DNA of 64,000 bases from the human T2T-CHM13v2.0 reference genome, Homo sapiens: NCBI RefSeq assembly GCF_009914755.1, contig NC_060942.1; one strand, given 5' to 3'. Positions 1-12,862 of the stretch are shown piece after piece (the first letter of the stretch is position 1; each line of letters opens with the position of its first letter). The notes beneath the pieces were generated by a model that saw nothing but the letters and a program-made list of their open reading frames with translations, was not told the DNA's origin and did no database searches. The position numbers were made by a program, and so were the translations under genes.

Positions 1-121
1 TCAGAAACTTATTTGAGATGTGTGTACTCAACTATGAGAATTGAACCACCGTTTTGAAGGAGCAGTTTTGAAACACTCTTTTTCTGGAATCTGCAAGTGG
101 ATATTTGGCTAGCTTTGGGGA

Positions 122-138
122 TTTCGCTGGAAGCGGGA
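122..138 (+). other. CENP-B box, A1 type (TTTCGCTGGAAGCGGGA); recurs in every A1
   Basis: Matches the 9 essential positions of NTTCGNNNNANNCGGGN. Confidence 0.9.
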
Positions 139-458
139 ATACATATAAAAAGCACACAGCAGCGTTCTGAGAAACTGCTTTCTGATGTTTGCATTCAAGT
201 CAAAAGTTGAACACCCCCTTTCATAGAGCAGTCTTGAAACACCCCTTTTGTAGTATCTGGAACTGGACATTTGGAGCGCTTTCAGGGCTAAGGTGAAAAA
301 GGAAATATCTTCCCATAAAAACTGGACAGAAGCATTCTCAGAAACTGGTTTATGCTGTATCTACTCAACTAACAAAGTTGAACCTTTCTTTTGATAGAGC
401 AGTTTTGAAATGCTCTTTTTGTGGAATCTGCAAGTGGATATTTGGCTAGGTTTGAGGA

Positions 459-475
459 TTTCGTTGGAAGCGGGA
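459..475 (+). other. CENP-B box, B1 type (TTTCGTTGGAAGCGGGA), overlapping an EcoRI site at its 3' end
   Basis: Canonical 17-mer YTTCGTTGGAARCGGGA. Confidence 0.93.
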
Positions 476-796
476 ATTCATACAAATTGCAGACTGCACC
501 GTTCTCAGAAAAATCTTTGTGATGTCTGTATTCAGGACACAGAGTTGAACATTCCCTATCATAGAGCAGGTTGGAATCACTCCTTTTGTAGTATCTGGAA
601 GTGGACATTTGGAGCGCTTTCAGGCCTATGTTGAAAAAGGAAATATCTTCCCATAACAACTAGGCAGAAGCATTCTCAGAAACTTGTTTGTGATGTGTGC
701 CCTCTACTGACACAGTTGAACCTTTCTTTTCATAGAGCAGTTTCGAAACACTCTTTTTGTAGAATCTGCAAGAGGATATTTGCTTAGCTTTGAGGA

Positions 797-813
797 TTTC
801 GTGGGAAACGGGA
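797..813 (+). other. CENP-B box, C1 type (TTTCGTGGGAAACGGGA)
   Basis: Core NTTCGNNNNANNCGGGN is intact. Confidence 0.9.
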
Positions 814-1138
814 TTGTCTTCAGGTAAAATCTAGACAGAAGCATTCTCAGAAACTTCTTTGGGATGTTTGCATTCAAGTCACAGAGTAGAACATTCCCTT
901 TGGTAGAGCAGGTTTGAAACACTCTTTTTGTAGTGTGTGTAAGTGGACATTTGGAGCGCTTTCAGGCCTACGTTGGAAAAGGAAATATCTTCCCATAACA
1001 ACTAGACAGAAGCATTCTCAGAAACTAGTTTCTGATGTGTGTCCTCAACTAACACAGTTGAACATTTCTTTAGACAGAACAGTTTTGAAACACTCTTTTT
1101 GTGGAATCTGCAAGTGGATATTTGGCTAGATTTGAGGA

Positions 1139-1155
1139 TTTCGTTGGAAACGGGA
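1139..1155 (+). other. CENP-B box, D1 type (TTTCGTTGGAAACGGGA)
   Basis: Canonical 17-mer. Confidence 0.93.
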
Positions 1156-1476
1156 TTACATATAAAAAGCAGACAGCAGCATTCTCAGAAACTTCTTTGT
1201 GATGATTGCATTCAAGTCACAGAATTGAACATTCCCTTTCACAGAGCAGGTTTGAAACACTCTTTTTCTAGTGTGTGTAAGTGGACATTTGGAGCGCTTT
1301 CCGGCCTAAGGTGAACAAGGAAATATCTTCCCATAAAAACTAGACTGAAGCATTCTCAGAAACTTACTCGTGATGTGTGTCCTCAACTAAAGGAGTAGAA
1401 CCTTTCTTTTCATAGAGAAGTTTTGAAACGCTCTTTTTGTGGAATCTGCAAGTGGATATTTGGCTAGTTTGGAGGA

Positions 1477-1493
1477 TTTCGTTGGAAGCGGGA
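1477..1493 (+). other. CENP-B box, E1 type (TTTCGTTGGAAGCGGGA)
   Basis: Canonical 17-mer. These five box types repeat every ~338 bp across the window (about 189 positions). Confidence 0.93.
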
Positions 1494-2706
1494 ATTCATA
1501 CAAATTGCAGACTGCAGCGTTCTGAGAAACATCTTTGTGATGTTTGTATTCAGGACACAGAGTTGAACATTCCCTATCATAGAGCAGGTTGGAATCACTC
1601 CTTTTGTACTATCTGGAAGTGGACATTTGGAGCGCTTTCAGGCCTATGTTGAAAAAGGAAATATCTTCCCATAACAACTAGACAGAAGCATTCTCAGAAA
1701 CTTGTTTGTGATGTGTGCCCTCTACTGACACAGTTGAACCTTTCTTTTCATAGAGCAGTTTCGAAACACTCTTTTTGTAGAATCTGCAAGAGGATATTTG
1801 CATAGATTTGAGGATTTCGTGGGAAACGGGATTGTCTTCAGGTAAAATCTAGACAGAAGCATTCTCAGAAACTTCTTTGGGATGTTTGAATTCAAGTCAC
1901 AGAGTAGAACATTCCCTTTGGTAGAGCAGGTTTGAAACACTCTTTTTGTAGTGTGTGTAAGTGGACATTTGGAGCGCTTTCAGGCCTACGTTGGAAAAGG
2001 AAATATCTTCCCATAACAACTAGTCAGAAGCATTCTCAGAAACTAGTTTCTGATGTGTGTCCTCAACTAACACAGTTGAACATTTCTTTAGACAGAACAG
2101 TTTTGAAACACTCTTTTTGTGGAATCTGCAAGTGGATATTTGGCTAGATTAGAGGATTTCGTTGGAAACGGGATTACATATAAAAAGCAGACAGCAGCAT
2201 TCTCAGAAACTTCTTTGTGATGATTGCATTCAAGTCACAGAATTGAACATTCCTTTTCACAGAGCAGGTTTGAAACACTCTTTTTCTAGTGTGTGTAAGT
2301 GGACATTTGGAGCGCTTTCCGGCCTAAGGTGAACAAGGAAATATCTTCCCATAAAAACTAGACAGAAGCATTCTCAGAAACTTACTCGTGATGTGTGTCC
2401 TCAACTAAAGGAGTAGAACCTTTCTTTTCATAGAGAAGTTTTGAAACGCTCTTTTTGTGGAATCTGCAAGTGGATATTTGGCTAGTTTGGAGGATTTCGT
2501 TGGAAGCGGGAATTCATACAAATTGCAGACTGCAGCGTTCTGAGAAACATCTTTGTGATGTTTGTATTCAGGACACAGAGTTGAACATTCCCTATCATAG
2601 AGCAGGTTGGAATCACTCCTTTTGTAGTATCTGGAAGTGGACATTTGGAGCGCTTTCAGGCCTATGTTGGAAAAGGAAATATCTTCCCATAACAACTAGA
2701 CAGAAG

Positions 2707-5700
2707 CATTCTCAGAAACTTATTTGAGATGTGTGTACTCAACTAAGAGAATTGAACCACCGTTTTGAAGGAGCAGTTTTGAAACACTCTTTTTCTGGAA
2801 TCTGCAAGTGGATATTTGGCTAGCTTTGGGGATTTCGCTGGAAGCGGGAATACATATAAAAAGCACACAGCAGCGTTCTGAGAAACTGCTTTCTGATGTT
2901 TGCATTCAAGTCAAAAGTTGAACACTCCCTTTCATAGAGCAGTCTTGAAACACCCCTTTTGTAGTATCGGGAACTGGACATTTGGAGCGCTTTCAGGGCT
3001 AAGGTGAAAAAGGAAATATCTTCCCATAAAAACTGGACAGAAGCATTCTCAGAAACTTGTTTATGCTGTATCTACTCAACTAACAAAGTTGAACCTTTCT
3101 TTTGATAGAGCAGTTTTGAAATGCTCTTTTTGTGGAATCTGCAAGTGGATATTTGGCTAGTTTTGAGGATTTCGTTGGAAGCGGGAATTCATACAAATTG
3201 CAGACTGCAGCGTTCTGAGAAACGTCTTTGTGATGTTTGTATTCAGGACACAGAGTTGAACACTCCCTATCATAGAGAAGGCTGGAATCACTCCTTTTGT
3301 AGTATCTGGAAGTCGACATTTGGAGCGCTTTCAGGCCTATGTTGAAAAAGGAAATATCTTCCCATAACAACTAGGCAGAAGCATTCTCAGAAACTTGTTT
3401 GTGATGTGTGCCCTCTACTGACACAGTTGAACCTTTCTTTTCATAGAGCAGTTTCGAAACACTCTTTTTGTAGAATCTGCAAGAGGATATTTGCATAGCT
3501 TTGAGGATTTCGTGGGAAACGGGATTGTCTTCAGGTAAAATCTAGACAGAAGCATTCTCAGAAACTTCTTTGGGATGTTTGCATTCAAGTCACAGAGTAG
3601 AACATTCCCTTTGGTAGAGCAGGTTTGAAACACTCTTTTTGTAGTGTGTGTAAGTGGACATTTGGAGCGCTTTCTGGCCTACGTTGGAAAAGGAAATATC
3701 TTCCCATAACAACTAGACAGAAGCATTCTCAGAAACTAGTTTCTGATGTGTGTCCTCAACTAACACAGTTGAACATTTCTTTAGACAGAACAGTTTTGAA
3801 ACACTCTTTTTGTGGAATCTGCAAGTGGATATTTGGCTACATTTGAGGATTTCGTTGGAAACGGGATTACATATAAAAAGCAGACAGCAGCATTCTCAGA
3901 AACTTCTTTGTGATGATTGCATTCAAGTCACAGAATTGAACATTCCTTTTCACAGAGCAGGTTTGAAACACTCTTTTTGTAGTGTGTGTAAGTGGACATT
4001 TGGAGCGCTTTCCGGCCTAAGGTGAACAAGGAAATATCTTCCCATAAAAACTAGACAGAAGCATTCTCAGAAAATTACTCGTGATGTGTGTCCTCAACTA
4101 AAGGAGTAGAACCTTTCTTTTCATAGAGAAGTTTTGAAACGCTCTTTTTGTGGAATCTGCAAGTGGATATTTGGCTAGTTTGGAGGATTTCGTTGGAAGC
4201 GGGAATTCATACAAATTGCAGACTGCAGCGTTCTGAGAAACATCTTTGTGATGTTTGTATTCAGGACACAGAGTTGAACATTCCCTATCATAGAGCAGGT
4301 TGGAATCACTCCTTTTGTAGTATCTGGAAGTGGACATTTGGAGCGCTTTCAGGCCTATGTTGGAAAAGGAAATATCTTCCCATAACAACTAGACAGAAGC
4401 ATTCTCAGAAACTTATTTGAGATGTGTGTACTCAACTAAGAGAATTGAACCACCGTTTTGAAGGAGCAGTTTTGAAACACTCTTTTTCTGGAATCTGCAA
4501 GTGGATATTTGGCTAGCTTTGGGGATTTCGCTGGAAGCGGGAATACATATAAAAAGCACACAGCAGCGTTCTGAGAAACTGCTTTCTGATGTTTGCATTC
4601 AAGTCAAAAGTTGAACACTCCCTTTCATAGAGCAGTCTTGAAACACCCCTTTTGTAGTATCGGGAACTGGACATTTGGAGCGCTTTCAGGGCTAAGGTGA
4701 AAAAGGAAATATCTTCCCATAAAAACTGGACAGAAGCATTCTCAGAAACTTGTTTATGCTATATCTACTCAACTAACAAAGTTGAACCTTTCTTTTGATA
4801 GAGCAGTTTGAAATGCTCTTTTTGTGGAATCTGCAAGTGGATATTTGGATAGGTTTGAGGATTTCGTTGGAAGCGGGAATTCATACAAATTGCAGACTGC
4901 AGCGTTCTGAGAAACGTCTTTGTAATGTTTGTATTCAGGACACAGAGTTGAACATTCCCTATCATAGAGCAGGTTGGAATCACTCCTTTTGTAGTATCTG
5001 GAAGTGGACATTTGGAGCGCTTTCAGGCCTATGTTGAAAAAGGAAATATCTTCCCATAACAACTAGACAGAAGCATTCTCAGAAACTTGTTTGTGATGTG
5101 TGCCCTCTACTGACACAGTTGAATCTTTCTTTTCATAGAGCAGTTTCGAAACACTCTTTTTGTAGAATCTGCAAGAGGATATTTGCATAGCTTTGAGGAT
5201 TTCGTGGGAAACGGGATTGTCTTCAGGTAAAATCTAGACAGAAGCATTCTCAGAAACTTCTTTGGGATGTTTGCATTCAAGTCACAGAGTAGAACATTCC
5301 CTTTGGTAGAGCAGGTTTGAAACACTCTTTTTGTAGTGTGTGTAAGTGGACATTTGGAGCGCTTTCAGGCCTACGTTGGAAAAGGAAATATCTTCCCATA
5401 ACAACTAGACAGAAGCATTCTCAGAAACTAGTTTCTGATGTGTGTCCTCAACTAACACAGTTGAACATTTCTTTAGACAGAACAGTTTTGAAACACTCTT
5501 TTTGTGGAATCTGCAAGTGGATATTTGGCTAGATTTGAGGATTTCGTTGGAAACGGGATTACATATAAAAAGCAGACAGCAGCATTCTCAGAAACTTCTT
5601 TGTGATGATTGCATTCAAGTCACAGAATTGAACATTCCCTTTCACAGAGCAGGTTTGAAACACTCTTTTTCTAGTGTGTGTAAGTGGACATTTGGAGCGC

Positions 5701-8700
5701 TTTCCAGCCTAAGGTGAACAAGGAAATATCTTCCCATAAAAACTAGACAGAAGCATTCTCAGAAACTTACTCGTGATGTGTGTCCTCAACTAAAGGAGTA
5801 GAACCTTTCTTTTCATAGAGAAGTTTTGAAACGCTCTTTTTGTGGAATCTGCAAGTGGATATTTGGCTAGTTTTGAGGATTTCGTTGGAAGCGGGAATTC
5901 ATACAAATTGCAGACTGCAGCGTTCTGAGAAACATCTTTGTGATGTTTGTATTCAGGACACAGAGTTGAACATTCCCTATCATAGAGCAGGTTGGAATCA
6001 CTCCTTTTGTAGTATCTGAAAGAGGACATTTGGAGCGCTTTCAAGCCTATGTTGGAAAAGGAAATATCTTCCCATAACAACTAGACAGAAGCATCCTCAG
6101 AAACTTATTTGAGATGTGTGTACTCAACTATGAGAATTGAACCACCGTTTTGAAGGAGCAGTTTTGAAACACTCTTTTTCTGGAATCTGCAAGTGGATAT
6201 TTGGCTAGCTTTGGGGATTTCGCTGGAAGCGGGAATACATATAAAAAGCACACAGCAGCGTTCTGAGAAACTGCTTTCTGATGTTTGCATTCAAGTCAAA
6301 AGTTGAACACCCCCTTTCATAGAGCAGTCTTGAAACACCCCTTTTGTAGTATCTGGAACTGGACATTTGGAGCGCTTTCAGGGCAAAGGTGAAAAAGGAA
6401 ATATCTTCCCATAAAAACTGGACAGAAGCATTCTCAGAAACTGGTTTATGCTGTATCTACTCAACTAACAAAGTTGAACCTTTCTTTTGATAGAGCAGTT
6501 TTGAAATGCTTTTTTTGTGGAATCTGCAAGTGGATATTTGGCTAGGTTTGAGGATTTCGTTGGAAGCGGGAATTCATACAAATTGCAGACTGCACCGTTC
6601 TCAGAAAAATCTTTGTGATGTCTGTATTCAGGACACAGAGTTGAACATTCCCTATCATAGAGCAGGTTGGAATCACTCCTTTTGTAGTATCTGGAAGTGG
6701 ACATTTGGAGCGCTTTCAGGCCTATGTTGAAAAAGGAAATATCTTCCCATAACAACTAGGCAGAAGCATTCTCAGAAACTTGTTTGTGATGTGTGCCCTC
6801 TACTGACACAGTTGAACCTTTCTTTTCATAGAGCAGTTTCGAAACACTCTTTTTGTAGAATCTGCAAGAGGATATTTGCTTAGCTTTGAGGATTTCGTGG
6901 GAAACGGGATTGTCTTCAGGTAAAATCTAGACAGAAGCATTCTCAGAAACTTCTTTGGGATGTTTGCATTCAAGTCACAGAGTAGAACATTCCCTTTGGT
7001 AGAGCAGGTTTGAAACACTCTTTTTGTAGTGTGTGTAAGTGGACATTTGGAGCGCTTTCAGGCCTACGTTGGAAAAGGAAATATCTTCCCATAACAACTA
7101 GACAGAAGCATTCTCAGAAACTAGTTTCTGATGTGTGTCCTCAACTAACACAGTTGAACATTTCTTTAGACAGAACAGTTTTGAAACACTCTTTTTGTGG
7201 AATCTGCAAGTGGATATTTGGCTAGATTTGAGGATTTCGTTGGAAACGGGATTACATATAAAAAGCAGACAGCAGCATTCTCAGAAACTTCTTTGTGATG
7301 ATTGCATTCAAGTCACAGAATTGAACATTCCCTTTCACAGAGCAGGTTTGAAACACTCTTTTTCTAGTGTGTGTAAGTGGACATTTGGAGCGCTTTCCGG
7401 CCTAAGGTGAACAAGGAAATATCTTCCCATAAAAACTAGACTGAAGCATTCTCAGAAACTTAATCGTGATGTGTGTCCTCAACTAAAGGAGTAGAACCTT
7501 TCTTTTCATAGAGAAGTTTTGAAACGCTCTTTTTGTGGAATCTGCAAGTGGATATTTGGCTAGTTTGGAGGATTTCGTTGGAAGCGGGAATTCATACAAA
7601 TTGCAGACTGCAGCGTTCTGAGAAACATCTTTGTGATGTTTGTATTCAGGACACAGAGTTGAACATTCCCTATCATAGAGCAGGTTGGAATCACTCCTTT
7701 TGTAGTATCTGGAAGTGGACATTTGGAGCGCTTTCAGGCCTATGTTGGAAAAGGAAATATCTTCCCATAACAACTAGACAGAAGCATTCTCAGAAACTTA
7801 TTTGAGATGTGTGTACTCAACTAAGAGAATTGAACCACCGTTTTGAAGGAGCAGTTTTGAAACACTCTTTTTCTGGAATCTGCAAGTGGATATTTGGCTA
7901 GCTTTGGGGATTTCGCTGGAAGCGGGAATACATATAAAAAGCACACAGCAGCGTTCTGAGAAACTGCTTTCTGATGTTTGCATTCAAGTCAAAAGTTGAA
8001 CACTCCCTTTCATAGAGCAGTCTTGAAACACCCCTTTTGTAGTATCGGGAACTGGACATTTGGAGCGCTTTCAGGGCTAAGGTGAAAAAGGAAATATCTT
8101 CCCATAAAAACTGGACAGAAGCATTCTCAGAAACATGTTTATGCTGTATCTACTCAACTAACAAAGTTGAACCTTTCTTTTGATAGAGCAGTTTTGAAAT
8201 GCTCTTTTTGTGGAATCTGCAAGTGGATATTTGGCTAGTTTTGAGGATTTCATTGGAAGCGGGAATTCATACAAATTGCAGACTGCAGCGTTCTGAGAAA
8301 CGTCTTTGTGATGTTTGTATTCAGGACACAGAGTTGAACATTCCCTATCATAGAGAAGGCTGGAATCACTCCTTTTGTAGTATCTGGAAGTCGACATTTG
8401 GAGCGCTTTCAGGCCTATATTGAAAAAGGAAATATCTTCCCATAACAACTAGGCAGAAGCATTCTCAGAAACTTGTTTGTGTTGTGTGCCCTCTACTGAC
8501 ACAGTTGAACCTTTCTTTTCATAGAGCAGTTTCGAAACACTCTTTTTGTAGAATCTGCAAGAGGATATTTGCATAGCTTTGAGGATTTCGTGGGAAACGG
8601 GATTGTCTTCAGGTAAAATCTAGACAGAAGCATTCTCAGAAACTTCTTTGGGATGTTTGCATTCAAGTCACAGAGTAGAACATTCCCTTTGGTAGAGCAG

Positions 8701-11700
8701 GTTTGAAACACTCTTTTTGTAGTGTGTGTAAGTGGACATTTGGAGCGCTTTCTGGCCTACGTTGGAAAAGGAAATATCTTCCCATAACAACTAGACAGAA
8801 GCATTCTCAGAAACTAGTTTCTGATGTGTGTCCTCAACTAACACAGTTGAACATTTCTTTAGACAGAACAGTTTTGAAACACTCTTTTTGTGGAATCTGC
8901 AAGTGGATATTTGGCTAGATTTGAGGATTTCGTTGGAAACGGGATTACATATAAAAAGCAGACAGCAGCATTCTCAGAAACTTCTTTGTGATGATTGCAT
9001 TCAAGTCACAGAATTGAACATTCCTTTTCACAGAGCAGGTTTGAAACACTCTTTTTCTAGTGTGTGTAAGTGGACATTTGGAGCGCTTTCCGGCCTAAGG
9101 TGAACAAGGAAATATCTTCCCATAAAAACTAGACAGAAGCATTCTCAGAAAATTACTCGTGATGTGTGTCCTCAACTAAAGGAGTAGAACCTTTCTTTTC
9201 ATAGAGAAGTTTTGAAACGCTCTTTTTGTGGAATCTGCAAGTGGATATTTGGCTAGTTTGGAGGATTTCGTTGGAAGCGGGAATTCATACAAATTGCAGA
9301 CTGCAGCGTTCTGAGAAACATCTTTGTGATGTTTGTATTCAGGACACAGAGTTGAACATTCCCTATCATAGAGCAGGTTGGAATCACTCCTTTTGTAGTA
9401 TCTGGAAGTGGACATTTGGAGCGCTTTCAGGCCTATGTTGGAAAAGGAAATATCTTCCCATAACAACTAGACAGAAGCATTCTCAGAAACTTATTTGAGA
9501 TGTGTGTACTCAACTAAGAGAATTGAACCACCGTTTTGAAGGAGCAGTTTTGAAACACTCTTTTTCTGGAATCTGCAAGTGGATATTTGGCTAGCTTTGG
9601 GGATTTCGCTGGAAGCGGGAATACATATAAAAAGCACACAGCAGCGTTCTGAGAAACTGCTTTCTGATGTTTGCATTCAAGTCAAAAGTTGAACACTCCC
9701 TTTCATAGAGCAGTCTTGAAACACCCCTTTTGTAGTATCGGGAACTGGACATTTGGAGCGCTTTCAGGGCTAAGGTGAAAAAGGAAATATCTTCCCATAA
9801 AAACTGGACAGAAGCATTCTCAGAAACTTGTTTATGCTATATCTACTCAACTAACAAAGTTGAACCTTTCTTTTGATAGAGCAGTTTGAAATGCTCTTTT
9901 TGTGGAATCTGCAAGTGGATATTTGGCTAGGTTTGAGGATTTCGTTGGAAGCGGGAATTCATACAAATTGCAGACTGCAGCGTTCTGAGAAACGTCTTTG
10001 TGATGTTTGTATTCAGGACACAGAGTTGAACATTCCCTATCATAGAGCAGGTTGGAATCACTCCTTTTGTAGTATCTGGAAGTGGACATTTGGAGCGCTT
10101 TCAGGCCTATGTTGAAAAAGGAAATATCTTCCCATAACAACTAGACAGAAGCATTCTCAGAAACTTGTTTGTGATGTGTGCCCTCTACTGACACAGTTGA
10201 ATCTTTCTTTTCATAGAGCAGTTTCGAAACACTCTTTTTGTAGAATCTGCAAGAGGATATTTGCATAGCTTTGAGGATTTCGTGGGAAACGGGATTGTCT
10301 TCAGGTAAAATCTAGACAGAAGCATTCTCAGAAACTTCTTTGGGATGTTTGCATTCAAGTCACAGAGTAGAACATTCCCTTTGGTAGAGCAGGTTTGAAA
10401 CACTCTTTTTGTAGTGTGTGTAAGTGGACATTTGGAGCGCTTTCTGGCCTACGTTGGAAAAGGAAATATCTTCCCATAACAACTAGACAGAAGCATTCTC
10501 AGAAACTAGTTTCTGATGTGTGTCCTCAACTAACACAGTTGAACATTTCTTTAGACAGAACAGTTTTGAAACACTCTTTTTGTGGAATCTGCAAGTGGAT
10601 ATTTGGCTAGATTTGAGGATTTCGTTGGAAACGGGATTACATATAAAAAGCAGACAGCAGCATTCTCAGAAACTTCTTTGTGATGATTGCATTCAAGTCA
10701 CAGAATTGAACATTCCCTTTCACAGAGCAGGTTTGAAACACTCTTTTTCTAGTGTGTGTAAGTGGACATTTGGAGCGCTTTCCGGCCTAAGGTGAACAAG
10801 GAAATATCTTCCCATAAAAACTAGACAGAAGCATTCTCAGAAACTTACTCGTGATGTGTGTCCTCAACTAAAGGAGTAGAACCTTTCTTTTCATAGAGAA
10901 GTTTTGAAACGCTCTTTTTGTGGAATCTGCAAGTGGATATTTGGCTAGTTTGGAGGATTTCGTTGGAAGCGGGAATTCATACAAATTGCAGACTGCAGCG
11001 TTCTGAGAAACATCTTTGTGATGTTTGTATTCAGGACACAGAGTTGAACATTCCATATCATAGAGCAGGTTGGAATCACTCCTTTTATAGTATCTGGAAG
11101 TGGACATTTGGAGCGCTTTCAGGCCTATGTTGGAAAAGGAAATATCTTCCCATAACAACTAGACAGAAGCATTCTCAGAAACTTATTTGAGATGTGTGTA
11201 CTCAACTAAGAGAATTGAACCACCGTTTTGAAGGAGCAGTTTTGAAACACTCTTTTTCTGGAATCTGCAAGTGGATATTTGGCTAGCTTTGGGGATTTCG
11301 CTGGAAGCGGGAATACATATAAAAAGCACACAGCAGCGTTCTGAGAAACTGCTTTCTGATGTTTGCATTCAAGTCAAAAGTTGAACACTCCCTTTCATAG
11401 AGCAGTCTTGAAACACCCCTTTTGTAGTATCGGGAACTGGACATTTGGAGCGCTTTCAGGGCTAAGGTGAAAAAGGAAATATCTTCCCATAAAAACTGGA
11501 CAGAAGCATTCTCAGAAACTTGTTTATGCTGTATCTACTCAACTAACAAAGTTGAACCTTTCTTTTGATAGAGCAGTTTTGAAATGCTCTTTTTGTGGAA
11601 TCTGCAAGTGGATATTTGGCTAGTTTTGAGGATTTCGTTGGAAGCGGGAATTCATACAAATTGCAGACTGCAGCGTTCTGAGAAACGTCTTTGTGATGTT

Positions 11701-12862
11701 TGTATTCAGGACACAGAGTTGAACATTCCCTATCATAGAGAAGGCTGGAATCACTCCTTTTGTAGTATCTGGAAGTCGACATTTGGAGCGCTTTCAGGCC
11801 TATGTTGAAAAAGGAAATATCTTCCCATAACAACTAGGCAGAAGCATTCTCAGAAACTTGTTTGTGATGTGTGCCCTCTACTGACACAGTTGAACCTTTC
11901 TTTTCATAGAGCAGTTTCGAAACACTCTTTTTGTAGAATCTGCAAGAGGATATTTGCATAGCTTTGAGGATTTCGTGGGAAACGGGAATGTCTTCAGGTA
12001 AAATCTAGACAGAAGCATTCTCAGAAACTTCTTTGGGATGTTTGCATTCAAGTCACAGAGTAGAACATTCCCTTTGGTAGAGCAGGTTTGAAACACTCTT
12101 TTTGTAGTGTGTGTAAGTGGACATTTGGAGCGCTTTCAGGCCTACGTTGGAAAAGGAAATATCTTCCCATAACAACTAGACAGAAGCATTCTCAGAAACT
12201 AGTTTCTGATGTGTGTCCTCAACTAACACAGTTGAACATTTCTTTAGACAGAACAGTTTTGAAACACTCTTTTTGTGGAATCTGCAAGTGGATATTTGGC
12301 TAGATTTGAGGATTTCGTTGGAAACGGGATTACATATAAAAAGCAGACAGCAGCATTCTCAGAAACTTCTTTGTGATGATTGCATTCAAGTCACAGAATT
12401 GAACATTCCCTTTCACAGAGCAGGTTTGAAACACTCTTTTTGTAGTGTGTGTAAGTGGACATTTGGAGCACTTTCCGGCCTAAGGTGAACAAGGAAATAT
12501 CTTCCCATAAAAACTAGACAGAAGCATTCTCAGAAACTTACTCGTGATGTGTGTCCTCAACTAAAGGAGTAGAACCTTTCTTTTCATAGAGAAGTTTTGA
12601 AACGCTCTTTTTGTGGACTCTGCAAGTGGATATTTGGCTAGTTTGGAGGATTTCGTTGGAAGCGGGAATTCATACAAATTGCAGACTGCAGCGTTCTGAG
12701 AAACATCTTTGTGATGTTTGTATTCAGGACACAGAGTTGAACATTCCCTATCATAGAGCAGGTTGGAATCACTCCTTTTGTAGTATCTGGAAGTGGACAT
12801 TTGGAGCGCTTTCAGGCCTATGTTGGAAAAGGAAATATCTTCCCATAACAACTAGACAGAAG
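2707..12862 (+). repeat. Six tandem 10-mer HORs (1692-1693 bp)
   Basis: A1 monomer (cattctcagaaacttatttgag) starts at 2707, 4400, 6092, 7785, 9478, 11170; the marker ORF MQTSES recurs at the same spacing. Confidence 0.93.

Larger units (their letters stand above)
1..2706 (+). repeat. 16-mer HOR variant ABCDE-CDE (2711 bp; first 5 nt lie outside the window)
   Basis: Monomer starts read directly: A2 163, B1 333, B2 500, C1 671, C2 842, D1 1013, D2 1180, E1 1351, E2 1518, second C1 1689, next A1 2707. Monomer lengths 167,170,167,171,171,171,167,171,167,171 sum to 1693; CDE sums to 1018. Confidence 0.93.

Noticed and set aside
335-343. Dyad TTCTCAGAA/TTCTGAGAA at each monomer start, matching the STAT GAS consensus TTCNNNGAA
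   Set aside because: It is part of the general alpha-satellite consensus, and a short motif match gives no evidence of function here.
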